From Candidatus Undinarchaeota archaeon (lineage in GTDB: Archaea > SpSt-1190 > JASMDC01): a stretch of 64,000 bases of DNA. Below are positions 1-8,146 of this stretch, piece by piece. Location of the stretch: the NCBI GenBank assembly GCA_964519305.1, contig CAZFHY010000007.1:64001-128000 (forward strand). The letters run 5' to 3'. The notes under the pieces were generated by a model. That model made no database searches. It was not told the origin of the DNA and saw only the letters and a program-made list of their open reading frames with translations. Made by a program: the position numbers and the translations under genes. Within the stretch, counting starts at the first letter, position 1. Each line of letters starts with the position of its first letter.

Positions 1-1843
1 CGATGGAGAGGGTATCTGCTGTCGGGAGACCTGCATACCGGGAGCCGCCTCCTGTGCAGTCGTCCTTGGATGCGAGGAAGGCCTTGATGGTGTAGCCTGT
101 GCAGGAGGAACTTGCTGCGATAGCTACTGTGTGCAAGGTGCGACATCATGTGGGGCCTATATCGGTGAGTGTGCAGATGCGGAGGACCTGACACTATGCA
201 CTGGCAACGGTCTTTGCTGCAGGGAGAGGTGCATCCCAAGTGCGACCTCGTGTGGAGGATCCGTTCATCCTCCCGTGCCGGATGAGATCGCAGCGACCTG
301 CGGGAAGGCATGCGAAGAGGATCATGCGAGCCCGTACTATTGTCATCCTACGGAGAGGATGTGTGCGTGCAGGACAGATACAGGTCCTCGGTTCAAAGAA
401 GAGATCACTTGTACTCCAAGGGTTACCCGACGAATGGTCAGGAACCTTATGCGATGCTGTGAGCGCCATGAGCTCGATGAGCTGGATGTGTGCTACACGA
501 CAAGGAGCGAGACTGGTTTCTGTTGCCAGGGTGCGTTCTACGAGGTACCCATCGACCTGTCCTGTATCGATGATGCGCCAATAATGGAGATAGCTTCCAT
601 CGCCTGGGAAGCTGATGGTCGCGAGGTCCTCTCCAGGGTCGCCGGTGAACCGGTCAACCTGACCGTCGTGCTCAGGAACACCGGGAAGGACCTTGAGAAC
701 GGAGACCTTTCATTCCGGGTCGACGCAGGTGATGATAGGATGGTGGAGGAGGACCGGCATGGTATCATGGTGGGAGGGGATAGCGTGGAGCGCTTCATAC
801 TTCCCGTGATACCGGAGCGCAGACTGGCCGGTACGGCACTCGATGGGATAGCCCTTCTTGGATACCTCAATCTTCAGGTGAGTTCCAACGATACACGCCT
901 GTACCTACTCGATGACGATACAATCGATGTCGTCGAGGGACATTTCGAGTCGGGCGGTCTACCCATCCATCATATCATTGCAGGCGACACGGTGACCGGA
1001 GTTGCTTCCATTGTCTCGTCACGTGACGAGGCCGTGATGGCCATCATATCTGTCGCATTGACGCTCAATGGACTGGAGCTCGAGGGTACAAGGAATAGTG
1101 AGCTGGTCAACCTTGAGCCAGGGGCGACCGTTACCATTGGATCAGAGTATCGAGTGGTCGGTGCTGACGACGTGTCCACGGAGTTCGGTATCCTCGTGGA
1201 GGTCGTAGGGCAGGACGACGCGATGCTCCAGTACAAGCGCTTGGACGAAGTGGTATACGAGGACGCGGTCCGAACCGTGCTCTCACCGTTCCTCAACATC
1301 AAGGAAGTAGCTTGGACCGATGATGACGGGAGCCTGCTGGAACGTGTGTTCGAGGGGAAGCTCGTGAGAGCGGAAGTGACCGTTGTCAATCCTCTTGCAA
1401 TGAGGTTCTTCGGGACCGTTGAGGTAAGGGTGAAGGACGAGTCCGATGTGAACATCGTCGCAGGACGTATGGTCCTCACGCTTGAGAAGGGACATGAGGC
1501 CGTCATCAAGCTCCCGTCGTTCACTACCGATGTCGCCGAGATTATCGCGCTCGGCGAAGGCGAGACGACAGTGGAGAAGGCGAACAAACGGTACCATGTC
1601 TACGTCAACGCTACGGATGACGAGCTCAGCTGGCTGGACATCGAGGACACGGTGTTCGTTCTCGATTCACTGGTCCTCTCGGAGACGGACACGGTCGATG
1701 TATCGGCCACGAGCGAATTCGAGGGATGTAACCTGAGGGTCACATGCACGGGATGCAATATGGGCTGCGAGATAAAGGTGCAGGAGTGCCGACCCGTGTT
1801 CAACCTGTGCAACTGCTATCAGTGCTCTTACTCGAACGATTGA
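1..1843 (+). CDS. Giant cysteine-rich secreted protein, paralog 1 (5'-truncated by window; C-terminal ~610 aa)
   Basis: Frame is open from position 2 (DGEGICCRETCIPGAASC...), upstream of the ORF-track start. It has G-x-CC-x3-C-IPGA repeats, the YCHPTERMCAC motif, Ig-like beta domains and the 8-Cys tail, collinear with the two downstream paralogs. Confidence 0.9.
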   Translation, partial: DGEGICCRETCIPGAASCAVVLGCEEGLDGVACAGGTCCDSYCVQGATSCGAYIGECADAEDLTLCTGNGLCCRERCIPSATSCGGSVHPPVPDEIAATCGKACEEDHASPYYCHPTERMCACRTDTGPRFKEEITCTPRVTRRMVRNLMRCCERHELDELDVCYTTRSETGFCCQGAFYEVPIDLSCIDDAPIMEIASIAWEADGREVLSRVAGEPVNLTVVLRNTGKDLENGDLSFRVDAGDDRMVEEDRHGIMVGGDSVERFILPVIPERRLAGTALDGIALLGYLNLQVSSNDTRLYLLDDDTIDVVEGHFESGGLPIHHIIAGDTVTGVASIVSSRDEAVMAIISVALTLNGLELEGTRNSELVNLEPGATVTIGSEYRVVGADDVSTEFGILVEVVGQDDAMLQYKRLDEVVYEDAVRTVLSPFLNIKEVAWTDDDGSLLERVFEGKLVRAEVTVVNPLAMRFFGTVEVRVKDESDVNIVAGRMVLTLEKGHEAVIKLPSFTTDVAEIIALGEGETTVEKANKRYHVYVNATDDELSWLDIEDTVFVLDSLVLSETDTVDVSATSEFEGCNLRVTCTGCNMGCEIKVQECRPVFNLCNCYQCSYSND

Positions 1844-1852
1844 GGTCAGGCC

Positions 1853-4800
1853 ATGGTACGTCGACCTGTTGTCGGTATGGTCGTTGTCATGCTCATTCTT
1901 ACGAGTGCGACCGCAGGTCTCATCCCGATGTCACAGAAGGCATCAGCGAGCGCAAAGAACATGTGCAAGACGTGCATAGACTGTGTGGGTACCGAGGGAG
2001 AGGAGCAGAACGCATGTCTCATGGGCTGCCTACAGGCCGGCGTCATGGCGTTCCTGGGTCCCATGTGCGAGAAGATCTGCAAGGACAGCCAGATGTGCTC
2101 GAACCTCTGTGGCAAATGCATACCTTGCGCGTTCGAGAAGGGCGAAGGTGCGGAGAAGTGTCTCATCAAATGTGTCGGTGAATCTGTCCTTCTCGGCCCG
2201 CTCTGTGGTGAGCTGTGCTCATCGGCGACAGCTCAGTCATGGATGAAGGACGCTGACAAGTGCACGGGCAAATGCACGGAGTGTGCCTCGTGCGTGTTCG
2301 AGGATAGCGCGGACGCGCGGAAGGAGTGCGCTCTGACCTGCGTGGTGGAGGACCTGATCCTGGGCCCCTTGTGCGAGAAGGCCTGTTCCAAGGCAAAGGA
2401 TGCTGCCGGGTGCACGGAAACATGCTTGAAGGTCGCTGACTGTGCGGAATGCGCGTTCAAGGACACCGACAAGGAGAAGGAGCTGTGCGCTCTCGCGTGC
2501 GTCGGTGTGAACTTCGTGTTCGATGCGGTGTGTGAGAAGGCCTGCAACAAGACCGCCAATCCCGGTAATTGCACAGCGACCTGCATGAAGATCGCCAAGG
2601 ACTGCGCCCCCTGTGCCATGAAGCCCACCCCGGACACTCGTGAGGAGTGCCTGATCAGGACATGCGTAGGGTTCGAGATCATCGGCCCCCTGTGCGAGAA
2701 CCTGTTCGTCGGTGATGTTGTGCAGAAGTGCAAGGAGTGTGGGGCCTGTGCAAGGGAGCCTGAAGAGAATCGCGATGCCTGTCTCAAGGAGTGCGTTGGC
2801 AGGCAGCCGGAGGCGTTCGACGTATGCGAACAGGTCAGCTGCGATCCCATTTGTGGTGGCCAGCGTACCGCAGAGTGCCGGGAACAATGTGGTGAGGACA
2901 GCACCTGCATAGAGAACTGCAAGCAATCATGCATGAACGACTGTAAACAGCTATGCGGCAGTTGTGGACAGTGCGGGTACGAGAAGAGCCGTGAGGCTAT
3001 GCACGAGTGCACTATCAAGTACTGCGTGCAGCCGTTCATGATGACGCCCGTGTGCGAGGACTTCTGCAGTAACTCTATGATGGGTCTTCAACCCAATGAC
3101 TGTGTGGCCATATGCAACTCTTGCGAAGACTGCATCATGTCGGTCGACTGCGTCACCGGTACGGCACAGGTCGAGTCCTGCCTCAAGGAATGCATGTTCG
3201 ATGATTCTTGTTCAAAGAACTGCAATAGAATGTACAGCTCATCAAAGAACGTCGATGATTGTAAGAAGAACTGCCAGAGCTGCAAGCACTGCGCCAATGA
3301 GGACAATGTAACGATGCAGCCGTGTCTCATGGAGTGCTTTGATTCGCTCGATGTGAAGGATGATTGTTCGGGGCTCTGCCAACAGTGGGGTGTCGCTAGC
3401 GGGGACAGTATGACCCGGTGCAATGCATTATGTGCATCATGCATCAAGTGCGATGGCCTACCTGGGCAGGAGAAGACAGGTTGTCTTCGAAACTGCACGA
3501 TGGGGCAGATGGAGGACTACTTCGGTGACCAGTGCGACAGCCTATGCAGGGACCAGAACGATACCGCATCGTGCCGGTATAAATGCATGCACTGCGACAG
3601 CTGTGTGTTCGAGGCCGATGGTCAGAACATGACCTCCTGTATCCTCGATAAATGCATCTCGCCACTGGACGTGGCCAAACCCATTTGTGAAGAGATCTGC
3701 GCCAACGAGCCAGACGTCAATACTTGTGTAGCCTCCTGCATGGAGAAGCCGGAGTGCGTGCACCACGACACGCGACGCAAGCGTCAGGACTGTTACACTG
3801 AACATGTGGCCCCCGCTCAGCTGGGACCCTCGTGCGACCAGCTCTGTAATGATCTGCCTGAGCCCGACAAGTGCAAACGGCGGTGCCGCAGCTGTAATCT
3901 ATGCATGAACGACCGGGGGACGAACCGTGACGGATGCCTGGAAAGGTGCGCCGATCGGGGCAGAAGAGGGGACTCGTGCGAGGACCATTGTGCTTCAGCA
4001 AAGGACCCACGCTCGTGCAGGAGCGCCTGCATGACCTGCCCTATGTGTGACCGGTTAGAGGGAGATGCGCAACAGTCCTGTATCGCTGAGTGCACGGGCG
4101 AGGTCACGGCCCAGATGACGTTCGACACGTGCGACGACCTCTGTTCGACCTATAACGACTTCGACAGGTGCATGGCCGCCTGTGGTGACTGCAATCAATG
4201 CTCGATGGGACCTGAACAGTACGGATGCCTTGAGGATTGTGTTGATGCCACCGATCCCGGCCTCGACTTCTCTACAAAGGAGAAGGAGAAGAAAGAGAAG
4301 GCAAAGAAGGCACTCTTATCGGGAATGTGCGACCTCGCGTTCGGCAACTTCTGGGATGCGTTCTCCTGCGACCTGGTCTGTTCCATGGGAGGAGTGTGCC
4401 CGATCGTGGATGAGCGGTATCTTCTCAAGTGCCCGCCGATGGCACAGGAGAACCTCTACCTCTACTACTCAGATCTCATCACCTACTTCGAGAACGTGGC
4501 ACTGTTCTACGAGAACATGGAGAAAGCCCTTGACGGTATCATGATGGGAACGGTGGGCCTGTGCGCCATGTGCAATTATGAGCTGATCAATCTTCAGGCC
4601 ACCTATAGCACATGTACGGGTATCTGGAATCCCACACCATGGGGAGCCGCGACGATCCCCTGGAACGAATGGATGTGCGACGTCTCCGGTATGATCAGCT
4701 GTCAGCCACGTATCTGCTCTGCCCTAGCGGGGGTTAACCGATGTCCTCAGTTATGCTCACTAGCGGAATGTCACTATGTGTTTGGTGGTATGTGCTGCTG

Positions 4801-7800
4801 TGGGTGGCCATTCTGCTGCCCCAGCTACATCGCAGTACCATCCACAACGGTCCATGTCAATCCCACGGGCATGAAGAGCTGCCATCGGCTCGTCCATGAG
4901 ACCGACGACGCGTGTACCATGGATGGCCTGTGGTGGCGTGGGGTCGTGGAGGCACCTGCTCTGCGCAATCCGTGTCATGTTGTGACCAAGATCGCAGAGC
5001 TCAAGAACTATGTCCACAAGTTCCGGACCGAGATCCTCCCTGACATTATCGTACAGTTGCGTGCCATGCGGGCGAACGCCCGACGCTGTACCGTGCGTAT
5101 CTCTTGCTCGTCTAACATAAAGATCTATCTCGACATCCTCGAGGAGATATGGGACCGGGCCAACCACATCGATGGCTGGGACACAGAGAAGTTCGAGTTC
5201 GAGACGAACAAGTTCACCCTCGCCATGCAGGACTTCAACGAAGATATCAACTCAGGCGGTTCAGGATTCGGCTTCGATTTCTCAAGTGGCAGCGGTTGGA
5301 CCAACTTCAAGACCGGTCTAAGTGTAGGTGCTTCGGCCTACTTTGATAATATGCAGGGGAAGAATCCGGAGAAGTACCTTGTTTGGGTACCGGATTACAA
5401 TCCTCCTTATTGTATCCCCGGTGCAACGAGTGCTGCTACGACAGCAGCCACTACCGCAGCTGCGGACAAGCTCGTCGATAAGGTCAAGAAGAGCCTGAAA
5501 GAAAAGATGATGGATGCTGTGAAGGAGACCTTCGGTGTCAGACAGATAGCAGTGCTCGCTGCTTACCATGCAGAGCTCCTCGCGGTTTCCCTGTCCAACT
5601 CGTTCGCCGGTGTTGCGGGAGTCCCCGGGCCGTGGTGCACTGGGGGCTTCCCGATGACATGCATCGACGCCTTCCCAATACGCTGGCACTTGGTAGAAGG
5701 GATGAACCTCGGTGAGGACCTCGTGTTCAAAATGCCGGTCATCCCCAGCTGTGGAGTGGAAGCCTTCGCGAAATCGATGCCGGGTGACGCCTTCTGGCAT
5801 TACCACGAATGCCTGCTCTACCAGGGCCACACGCCCGATCCTACCAGTGGTGATGAGGAAAGGGAACTGGAAGATGAACTGGAGGAGGAAGAGGAAGTAG
5901 AAGAGGAGGAGTTCGAGGAAGAAGAGGAGCAAGAAGAAGAGGAGTTCGAGGAAGAGGTTGACTGCTCAGACAAGGAGGACCAGGAATCCTGTTTCGAAGG
6001 CGATGGCCTCTGCTGCAACGGTGAATGCATACCCGGGGCCGAGGCATGTACAACGGAAGGTGAGGAGGAGTGTGCCATTGCCGAGGACGGTTCCTCGTGT
6101 GGTGGTGGTAAGGGCATCTGCTGCCTGGGGACCTGTGTTCCCGGAGCGAGCGGCTGTGGCGAGGAAGAGGAGGAGTGCGCGGGCGAGGAGGCCGGAGCAC
6201 CTTGTGATGGTGGACAATGCTGTGAGGGTAGATGTGTCCCAGGGGCGACCGGTTGCAGTGGTACCGCGGACTGCATCAAGAGGCCTGATGGCGCCTCTTG
6301 CGTCAATGGTACTGGCATGTGCTGCGAACAGAACTGTATCCCGGGTGCGGAAGCATGCGCTGTTGCGCCCGAATGTCAGGCCGGGTACGATGGGCTACCT
6401 TGTGCGGACGGGACGTGCTGCGATGGCGTTTGTGTACCCGGAGCATTATCCTGTGGAGGTTACTCGCACGAGTGCGTTGAAGGAGGTGACCTGACGGTCT
6501 GCACAGCGGACGGTCTCTGCTGCAGGGACCGGTGCATCCCCGGAGCTACCTCCTGCGGCGGACGACCGGGCGGGGAACTGCCCGACGATATCAAGGAGAT
6601 CTGTACGAGGGCATGTGATGAAGCGAGCGGTGGCGACCATTACTGCCATCCCACCGAGCGCATGTGCACGTGTCGTACGACCAGGGGACCCGTGTACATC
6701 GAGGATATACCCTGCGCTCCGCGTGTCTCTAAGCGACTGGTCGCGGGACTGCGACGATGCTGTGAGAGCAAGGGGATGGACGAGGTCGACCACTGTTACA
6801 CACTAGAGAGCGAGACCGGGTTCTGTTGTCAGGGCGCGTTCACTGAGGTACCTATAGAGTTCGAGTGCGTCAAGGACGCACCGGTCGTAGAGATCGCCTC
6901 AATTGCGTGGATGGACGGTGACAGGGAGGTCCTCTCGATGGTCGCCGGAGCTACCGCTAACCTTACAGCAGTCCTCAGGAACACAGGGAAGCGTCTAGAG
7001 GACGGCGACCTATCGTTCCGTATCGATTCCGACGGGAAACGGCTTATCTCCCAGGACGAACACAATATCGCGATAGGCGAGTCGAGCGTTCATCGTGTGG
7101 GCCTTCCCGTCGAGCTGGAAACACGGCTCGCTGGCAGAGCGCTAATAGCGCATGCCCTCATCGGATACCTCAACGTCCAAGTGTCGTCGGATCCTGTTCG
7201 TCTCTACGTCCTCGCTGAGGATACGATAGATATAGCGGACGGGTACTTCGAATCATCGCGCGAGCGTGACTACTACGTCATCGCAGGTGATGTGGTGGCA
7301 GCAGCAGCGGCTGTCACGTCATCGAAGGACGATGCCGTTGAAGTGGTCATCGAGATTGTCATGACCGCTAACGGTACTGAACTCGAATCCACGAGGACCG
7401 CCAGGACCACGACACTTGAGAGAGGGGCGACCGTTACCATCCGTACACCGACCCGGTTCATCGGAGAGAGCGATGTTGGGACAGAGCTTGGTATGATCGT
7501 ACGGGTCGAGGGAGCCCGGGGAAAGGTCCTCCAGTACAAACGGCTCGAATCCGAAACCTATCCCGACGCCGTCAGGTCGGTCGGATCTCCCTATCTTTTC
7601 CTGCGTGATGTCGCTTGGAAGGACGAGGGTGGGCGCCGTCTGAAACGGACCTACGAGAACGTCAATACAAGAGCTGAGGTTACGCTGCACAATCCAATTC
7701 CGATGTCCTTCGACGGAACCGTGGCTATCGAGGTCGTGGATGGTCAGGGGAACGTCGTGGCGACTGGTGGACGACGCGCGGTCATCGACATGGACGGCTC

Positions 7801-8146
7801 GGCAATCGTCCAGACAATCCCATTCACCACATCCATAACAAAGGCCTTTGCGATCGGCCCCGATGGTAGCGCTGTCGAGAAGTCGGAGGATAGCCGCTAC
7901 CGTGTCAGGGTGACCGCGAAGACCGATGCGATAACATGGGCGGACATCGATGATCATGTATACGTTCTTGAGACGCGTGCCCTCGGAGAGGGGGTGACCT
8001 CGGACGTCATGGCCTCCAGCGAGTTCGAGGGTTGTAGCGTCAATGTCAGCTGCACGGATTGTTCAGAAGGATGTGAAATCACGATAATGGACTGTGAGCC
8101 GGTCCTTAACCTGTGCAAATGTGCTACTTGTACATTTTCGAGATGA
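1853..8146 (+). CDS. Giant cysteine-rich secreted protein, paralog 2 (2097 aa)
   Basis: GAGGT RBS. Signal peptide (MVRRPVVGMVVVMLILTSATA/GLIP), ~14-15 CX3C/CX2C repeats, helical core, poly-Glu tract, six CC repeats, Ig-like domains, 8-Cys tail. Confidence 0.92.
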   Translation: MVRRPVVGMVVVMLILTSATAGLIPMSQKASASAKNMCKTCIDCVGTEGEEQNACLMGCLQAGVMAFLGPMCEKICKDSQMCSNLCGKCIPCAFEKGEGAEKCLIKCVGESVLLGPLCGELCSSATAQSWMKDADKCTGKCTECASCVFEDSADARKECALTCVVEDLILGPLCEKACSKAKDAAGCTETCLKVADCAECAFKDTDKEKELCALACVGVNFVFDAVCEKACNKTANPGNCTATCMKIAKDCAPCAMKPTPDTREECLIRTCVGFEIIGPLCENLFVGDVVQKCKECGACAREPEENRDACLKECVGRQPEAFDVCEQVSCDPICGGQRTAECREQCGEDSTCIENCKQSCMNDCKQLCGSCGQCGYEKSREAMHECTIKYCVQPFMMTPVCEDFCSNSMMGLQPNDCVAICNSCEDCIMSVDCVTGTAQVESCLKECMFDDSCSKNCNRMYSSSKNVDDCKKNCQSCKHCANEDNVTMQPCLMECFDSLDVKDDCSGLCQQWGVASGDSMTRCNALCASCIKCDGLPGQEKTGCLRNCTMGQMEDYFGDQCDSLCRDQNDTASCRYKCMHCDSCVFEADGQNMTSCILDKCISPLDVAKPICEEICANEPDVNTCVASCMEKPECVHHDTRRKRQDCYTEHVAPAQLGPSCDQLCNDLPEPDKCKRRCRSCNLCMNDRGTNRDGCLERCADRGRRGDSCEDHCASAKDPRSCRSACMTCPMCDRLEGDAQQSCIAECTGEVTAQMTFDTCDDLCSTYNDFDRCMAACGDCNQCSMGPEQYGCLEDCVDATDPGLDFSTKEKEKKEKAKKALLSGMCDLAFGNFWDAFSCDLVCSMGGVCPIVDERYLLKCPPMAQENLYLYYSDLITYFENVALFYENMEKALDGIMMGTVGLCAMCNYELINLQATYSTCTGIWNPTPWGAATIPWNEWMCDVSGMISCQPRICSALAGVNRCPQLCSLAECHYVFGGMCCCGWPFCCPSYIAVPSTTVHVNPTGMKSCHRLVHETDDACTMDGLWWRGVVEAPALRNPCHVVTKIAELKNYVHKFRTEILPDIIVQLRAMRANARRCTVRISCSSNIKIYLDILEEIWDRANHIDGWDTEKFEFETNKFTLAMQDFNEDINSGGSGFGFDFSSGSGWTNFKTGLSVGASAYFDNMQGKNPEKYLVWVPDYNPPYCIPGATSAATTAATTAAADKLVDKVKKSLKEKMMDAVKETFGVRQIAVLAAYHAELLAVSLSNSFAGVAGVPGPWCTGGFPMTCIDAFPIRWHLVEGMNLGEDLVFKMPVIPSCGVEAFAKSMPGDAFWHYHECLLYQGHTPDPTSGDEERELEDELEEEEEVEEEEFEEEEEQEEEEFEEEVDCSDKEDQESCFEGDGLCCNGECIPGAEACTTEGEEECAIAEDGSSCGGGKGICCLGTCVPGASGCGEEEEECAGEEAGAPCDGGQCCEGRCVPGATGCSGTADCIKRPDGASCVNGTGMCCEQNCIPGAEACAVAPECQAGYDGLPCADGTCCDGVCVPGALSCGGYSHECVEGGDLTVCTADGLCCRDRCIPGATSCGGRPGGELPDDIKEICTRACDEASGGDHYCHPTERMCTCRTTRGPVYIEDIPCAPRVSKRLVAGLRRCCESKGMDEVDHCYTLESETGFCCQGAFTEVPIEFECVKDAPVVEIASIAWMDGDREVLSMVAGATANLTAVLRNTGKRLEDGDLSFRIDSDGKRLISQDEHNIAIGESSVHRVGLPVELETRLAGRALIAHALIGYLNVQVSSDPVRLYVLAEDTIDIADGYFESSRERDYYVIAGDVVAAAAAVTSSKDDAVEVVIEIVMTANGTELESTRTARTTTLERGATVTIRTPTRFIGESDVGTELGMIVRVEGARGKVLQYKRLESETYPDAVRSVGSPYLFLRDVAWKDEGGRRLKRTYENVNTRAEVTLHNPIPMSFDGTVAIEVVDGQGNVVATGGRRAVIDMDGSAIVQTIPFTTSITKAFAIGPDGSAVEKSEDSRYRVRVTAKTDAITWADIDDHVYVLETRALGEGVTSDVMASSEFEGCSVNVSCTDCSEGCEITIMDCEPVLNLCKCATCTFSR
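1961..4245 (+). repeat. Intragenic array of ~14-15 degenerate 8-Cys repeats (~40-50 aa; C-x3-C...C-x3-C-x2-C-x2-C...C-x3-C)
   Basis: Example unit: GPLCEKACSKAKDAAGCTETCLKVADCAECAFKDTDKEKELCALAC. An equivalent array sits at ~8293-10655. Confidence 0.85.
5851..5960 (+). repeat. GAG/GAA low-complexity tract encoding a poly-Glu linker
   Basis: DEERELEDELEEEEEVEEEEFEEEEEQEEEEFEEEV; a shorter counterpart is at ~12286-12376. Confidence 0.9.
5962..6556 (+). repeat. Six tandem ~33-aa C..C..GxCCxxxC(I/V)PGAxxC repeats
   Basis: Six copies counted here and six at ~12379-12972. The last three copies are also visible at 1-252. Confidence 0.88.

Noticed and set aside
1841-1853. Paralogs 1 and 2 are in the same frame separated by TGA + 9 nt (possible selenocysteine/readthrough fusion)
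   Set aside because: All paralogs end at the same position after the 8-Cys tail, paralog 2 has its own RBS and signal peptide, and the paralog 2/3 junction is out of frame.
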